A DNA stretch of 64,000 bases from Paraspadella gotoi (Eukaryota > Animalia > Chaetognatha): positions 4,269,453 to 4,333,452 of the forward strand of contig CM119267.1 in the NCBI GenBank assembly GCA_051294375.1, written 5' to 3'. The stretch's first letter is position 1, and each line of letters opens with the position of its first letter. Position numbers and translations under genes: made by a program. Shown one piece after another: positions 59,331 through 64,000 of the stretch. The notes under the pieces were generated by a model, which saw only the letters and a program-made list of their open reading frames with translations, made no database searches and was not told the DNA's origin.

Positions 59331-61397
59331 TTACTTTATGGGCAAAGTAATCAGCACTACTGTGTACGCGGCATAGGACGAAAACATCTGTAAATAAGAG
59401 TGAACATTAGTTAAACTATTCGTTCCGAAGAAATAAATGATTAGAAAAGCTTACCGTCAAAATGGAGCTTTTGTTGACGGCAAAGAGACCCCAAGCGTAA
59501 AATCCAATGTTGACCCCGTTGAGGCGACTTAGAAACACGTTGATCTACGTACAAATGAAATAGTAAATCATACTCGAGCTATTAAAGAATCGTTTGGCCC
59601 TTTTACTTTTTAATCATCGGATAATTTATAATAAAGTTGACACCGCGATCACGAATTCACGAATTGTCCGTGACAGCAATACCCTACCGTTTTTTTTACT
59701 TACCTTTTCAAAAGCTCGACGCTGCGCGCTTCCTTGAAGGATGTGAGATAGACGCTCTCGTTGATGCGTGGGTCGCTCGCTCGTGACATCCCGGAGCCAA
59801 CACAAATGATCATCATGTGAAGGAACGCCAAGACGAGCCAAATTACGGGCGTGACGATAACGAATTCCTGACAAAGAAGGAAGAGTTGGATGAAACTATG
59901 TTTTTTTAAACCGTTGAGGATAATTAATTATGAGACGTGATTAGATTATGGAAAATGTAAAGATATATTAAACCTCCTCTGACGGCCATCGAAATGAGCT
60001 TGATGATTCTGAAAGTGAGACAACAGGCGATAAGAAGATTGGAAAGAAAAACTGACGAGGATGAATCCGGAGAAAATGTCATTGACAATGTCGATGAGAT
60101 CGCAAAGGCCGGCGTGGCGGGCTCGGAGGCTTTCGAAGAGACGCAGCACCGACTCGCAACTGATGTCGCAAACGCGCAAGAATCTTGCAGTCGAATTCTT
60201 TCTGTAGAAATCGAGCGTCGAAGGATTGGTAGTTGTTATTAAGTAGGACAAAGCGACATAAAAAATAAAACTTTAGTGATCAAGCTCGTAGTACAGAATG
60301 TAGCAAATGAGGTAAAAGAACACGGGGCCCATCATCCAAGAATACTGACTCAGCCAAAACAATAAGATGGAGCATGCAGTGTAGACTGGATATTCCTAAA
60401 CGAGAACGGGTCGATTAAATGGACTAATTTGAGCACAAACAATTGCTTATAAATTACCTGTAAAAACACGCTCGCTTTTGAAACGTATTCTGTGCCGTTC
60501 TGAGTTTCATTCAAAAAGTAATAAGGCAGCGGCCCCGCTAAGAAACTAAGAGAAAAACATTAAAAATGGAGGAACATTGATTGGAATAATTTTCAAAATA
60601 TAATAGTTTTTTTTCCTCTTACTCAACGCTTAAACTTTGCATAACTTTATCTTTCAGTTTATCCGCTGGAGTGAGGACATTAATCTGCAAGAAAAATACT
60701 AAAATTACCATAAAAATTTATTCAGTGTCATGGTGATAAAATAATTCGGGTAAACTAACCAAGACAAAAGTCACGTCGAAAGCAACCACGAGAGAGACTA
60801 TGACTATCGTCACGATGGTCATTTTTTTGATTCGACGACGCAAGGGTTCCATGTCTTTGAATTCCGCGTATTCGAGCCAAGTTTTGAAGAACTTCCTCAG
60901 TTTACGAACGTCAGAACCTTGGCAATGTACGCGAATATTATATCAGATATTTTTGATCGAACTTCAAACGTTGGATAATTTATAAAACAACACCTGCTCG
61001 AAACAAGACGGTTGACGTAAAAGCCACAAGAAGAAACCAACTGTGAAGAGTAACGATGTCGAAGACATAAATCATATCTTCTTTCCCTTCATAAATTTTT
61101 AAAATTGGCTGTGGTGTGCGTACGTAACTTGACATTATTACTACAATTCCTTTCATAATTGGAATTACCTGGTTCCCGATGAAAGTATCGTAAGCAAGTT
61201 AGGATACACATGATCCATAGTCCGCAAACGACAACCGCGCAGTAGACGGTCTGAATTGGCCAGCTGTTAAAATCCCATTTAGATACTTATAAATATATAA
61301 TAATTCTCATTCCTTTTTATCCAAGATAGAAGAGGATATGTAACTAACAGATAACGTACCATGATGCCCATGCGATCAGCTCTTTCGAGAACTTCAT
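59331..61397 (-). pseudogene. Gustatory-receptor-like (7tm chemoreceptor/GRL) gene, apparently disrupted
   Basis: About 11 minus-strand exons from ATG 61397. Hydrophobic segments, LRARHAGLCDLIDIVNDIFS, FLSRLNGVNIGFYAWGLFAVNKSSILT|MFSSYAAYTVVLITLPIK*, with short phase-0 terminal exons typical of the GR superfamily. In-frame TAA at 60273-60275 and frame breaks near 60050 and 59704-59870. Confidence 0.75.
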
Positions 61398-61732
61398 TTG
61401 TTTCATTAATTTAATATTTCGAAAAAATCCTTTGTCTAATTTCGCGCTTTTGGCGTCACAAACTTTCGTGTGTTTCTGCCAGTCTGTTGAACACACGATT
61501 AGGAGATTAATAAAAGTGCCATTGTTAATTTAGTATATAGTTTATTTTGACCTGGATGTCCTCTCCGCGCGTCTTTCTTTACTTGATTTTGAATTTGTTC
61601 GTCCTCGTGAATTTCTTTAACGTCTTTTTGCCAATTGTCTATTCGCAAATGTAAGACGCCCGTCAACCCCATGTACCTAAATTAAAATCTTTTCCGTTGA
61701 TATAAATGGTATTATTTCAATAACCCTCGTCA

Positions 61733-61805
61733 GCCCCTGTGGCCTAATGGATAAGGCGTTGGACTTCTAATTCAAAGATTGCGGGTTCGAGTCCCGCCAG
61801 GGGTA
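61733..61805 (+). tRNA. tRNA-Arg (anticodon TCT), intronless
   Basis: Cloverleaf GCCCCTG/CAGGGGT, D arm GCCT/AGGC, anticodon arm TTGGA-CTTCTAA-TTCAA, T arm GCGGG-TTCGAGT-CCCGC. Followed by T-runs that can act as a Pol III terminator. Confidence 0.96.
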
Positions 61806-63078
61806 ACTCTTTTCTTTTACCAAATAAATCCCATCATCATCTTCATTGCGCATTTGTTTTTCTTCGGCGTCTCCTCTTTTTCCGCCAAATTTTCTTTTTC
61901 CATTTTCTTCTGTTCCTTGATTAAACAGCGAAGACCGTAGTCACCCATCTCTCACTCCTGGCGGCGAAAATAAAAACGAGAGAACGAAATGAATAAATTG
62001 AAAGGAAGAAAAAAAAAAGAGTTTCTCGTCGCAATTTCGTTCGAACGTGTGATTCTGCTTTTCGTTATGATTTAGAGTTTTTCGTGTTATCGTTGTTGCT
62101 CGTCGTGGCGAATTGAAACAGTTTGGAGAATGGAGACAATTTCGAAAAATACGTAGAATGTTGTTTTCATAATTTATGACAAATGAGCAGCATCCATTGG
62201 TTATAAACTTTTAACAGTTTAATAATAGTAGGCAGTACAAAACAGAATTCGGTATTCCCCATCTAATCCTTTTTTCCAATTTTATTGATAAGGAATCCTA
62301 AGACTGGGAATTTAATAAACTCGATATAAGAGATGACAGCTAGGAGGGTCTCGCTAGAGGAAATTAAATCTCGTAAGTGAGATGAGGCCACAACCAATCA
62401 TAGTCTTTCCAAAATCAGGAGAGAAAATAGCTTATTTATTGAATGAATGCATAATTTTTATACTGAGTTCACAATTTGAATCCAAGATATGAATTCAATG
62501 ATGAGCTAAACAATATAGAAACTTTGATTTTTTTATATTTCCGAGGGCCAGACTGCGAAAAGAGAAAACGGTTTATTTGCCGCATGGCCTGGTCTCGTTC
62601 CCGGGACTCCCTGATCACCAGATCGTCGTCTCCACTTGATCGTGAAGCCTCTCATGTTGACATATGATCTGACGCCGCGGCCGCCTACGGTTAAGAGAGA
62701 CAGAGAGAGAGGGACAGAGAGAGGAGCAGAGAGGCGGTTGGTCGCTCTTGTTTGGCTTGCGACACAAAAAAAAAAAGTTGACGCGGATTCGCGAAATCGG
62801 AAAAGCAAAACGCAGGTCGATATTCGCCGCACAAAAAAAAAAAAAAAAAAGATGAAGTAACCCGGGATTTTCTCTGTTTGAGGAAAAGTTTTTCCTGGTT
62901 TTAATTTCGGTTTGGTCACCAGTACCTCGGGTGTAGAATGTAGATTGTAGAGCCGATGAATGGAGAGGGAGGGAGGGAGAGAGAGATGATATTAGATAGA
63001 GAGATAAACAGACAGAAACAGAGAGATAGTTACAGAGTCAATGAAAAATAACTATTCAAAATAACGCAAATATCAGGA

Positions 63079-63079
<1 letters not shown>

Positions 63080-63112
<33 letters not shown>

Positions 63113-63146
63113 GAGTGAGAGAAAGAGACACACACACACACACAGA
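63080..63146. repeat. (GA)n/(CA)n compound microsatellite
   Basis: Read directly from the sequence. Confidence 0.9.
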
Positions 63147-63317
63147 GATAGTTACAGAGTCAGAGACAAAGAAAGAAAGCTTCAAAAAACACATCTTTAA
63201 AATTTCATCTTAGAAAACGATTCGAGACGTCGAAAGAGTTATTACCCCAACTTGAAGGCCCTCTTTCTCTTATCTTCCGAAAAAAAAAAAGCCGAAGGTC
63301 CGGAAATCGACCGAAAG

Positions 63318-63786
63318 ATGGCGGGATGCAACGCGGAGTTGGACGGAGTCATCTGCGGGAAGACGCACGAGGGAGAGTCAGTGAATATATGGGGTCCACT
63401 ATGACCGAGTCTGTCTGTCCGCTTGTCTTACTTCTCCGAGTAATCAAAGTGACGAGTGAAGGGAAGATTGTATGAAAACTTTTTGCTAAACTTTGAGCGT
63501 CCGTCTGTTTGTCCGTCCGTCCGTATGGCTGTTTCGCCACATAACTTGATTCAATTTTTCTATGGAACTCACTTATGCGCGACGTTCATTAAATTTCATT
63601 TCCTCTTAAATTTCCCATCTTGAAATAACTGGAATCGCCACGTTCTCACCCATTCCTCTCCCAGATGCTGCAGCCTCCGAACTCCCCCGATGACTCTGCG
63701 TCCCACGCAGAAGAAGGAATTGGCTGAGATCGCGGCGGCCTTGGTTTCGCCTGGACGAGGGATTCTCGCCGCAGATCAATCCACGG
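63318..63786 (+). CDS. Class I fructose-bisphosphate aldolase, 5' exons only (continues beyond the window)
   Basis: Exon 63665-63786 encodes [28 protein letters not shown] (family motif GKGILAADESTG). A phase-compatible upstream exon at 63318-63376 is inferred. Confidence 0.85.
63400..63600. mobile_element. DINE-1/Helentron-like fragment in aldolase intron 1
   Basis: (GTCY)n-type microsatellite GTCCGTCTGTTTGTCCGTCCGTCCGT followed by ...CATAACTT...AAATTT, an arrangement typical of these non-autonomous elements. Ends not resolved. Confidence 0.45.
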
Positions 63787-64000
63787 GTAGGTGGAGACTG
63801 GAGGGCCCGCTGAAATGTGACCTCACCTCTGTGTCTGGGAGAGGAGCTTCGTAAAATATGTTAACTAGGAGTACTGTAATTAAATATCAAGAAAGCTTCT
63901 TAACTCATTATTCAATGTTTTGATCTTAAGGTTATTAAAAATAAAACTTACGTCAGACAATTTTTATTACTAAAAAACATTAAAAAGGAAAAATAGAAAC

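Noticed and set aside
59994-60242. 82-aa + strand ORF
   Set aside because: It is the antisense of a GR-like exon and has no independent support.

Overview
This is eukaryotic (animal) genomic DNA from a compact, intron-rich genome, with GC-rich exons and AT-rich introns of mostly 55-110 nt. It is not prokaryotic. Manual splicing gives eleven consecutive recognisable + strand genes: KIF3A (3' part), DcpS, DmX-like/rabconnectin-3 alpha, tau-tubulin kinase, PPTC7, ATG12, BNIP3/NIX-like, NDUFB4, SLC7A6OS/Iwr1, RNF123 and STIL/Ana2-like. These are followed by a minus-strand gustatory-receptor-like gene that looks disrupted, an intronless tRNA-Arg(UCU), and the 5' end of a divergent fructose-bisphosphate aldolase. 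The most interesting observation is a tight, co-oriented PPTC7-ATG12-BNIP3-NDUFB4 block: a mitophagy receptor, its known negative regulator and a core autophagy protein, inside an operon-like run of genes. Other notable items are a minisatellite built from a splice acceptor, micro-exon and alternative-terminal-exon candidates, three GC-AG introns in RNF123, and Helentron/DINE-like intronic elements. All gene models were spliced by eye and identities come from remembered family motifs, not database searches.
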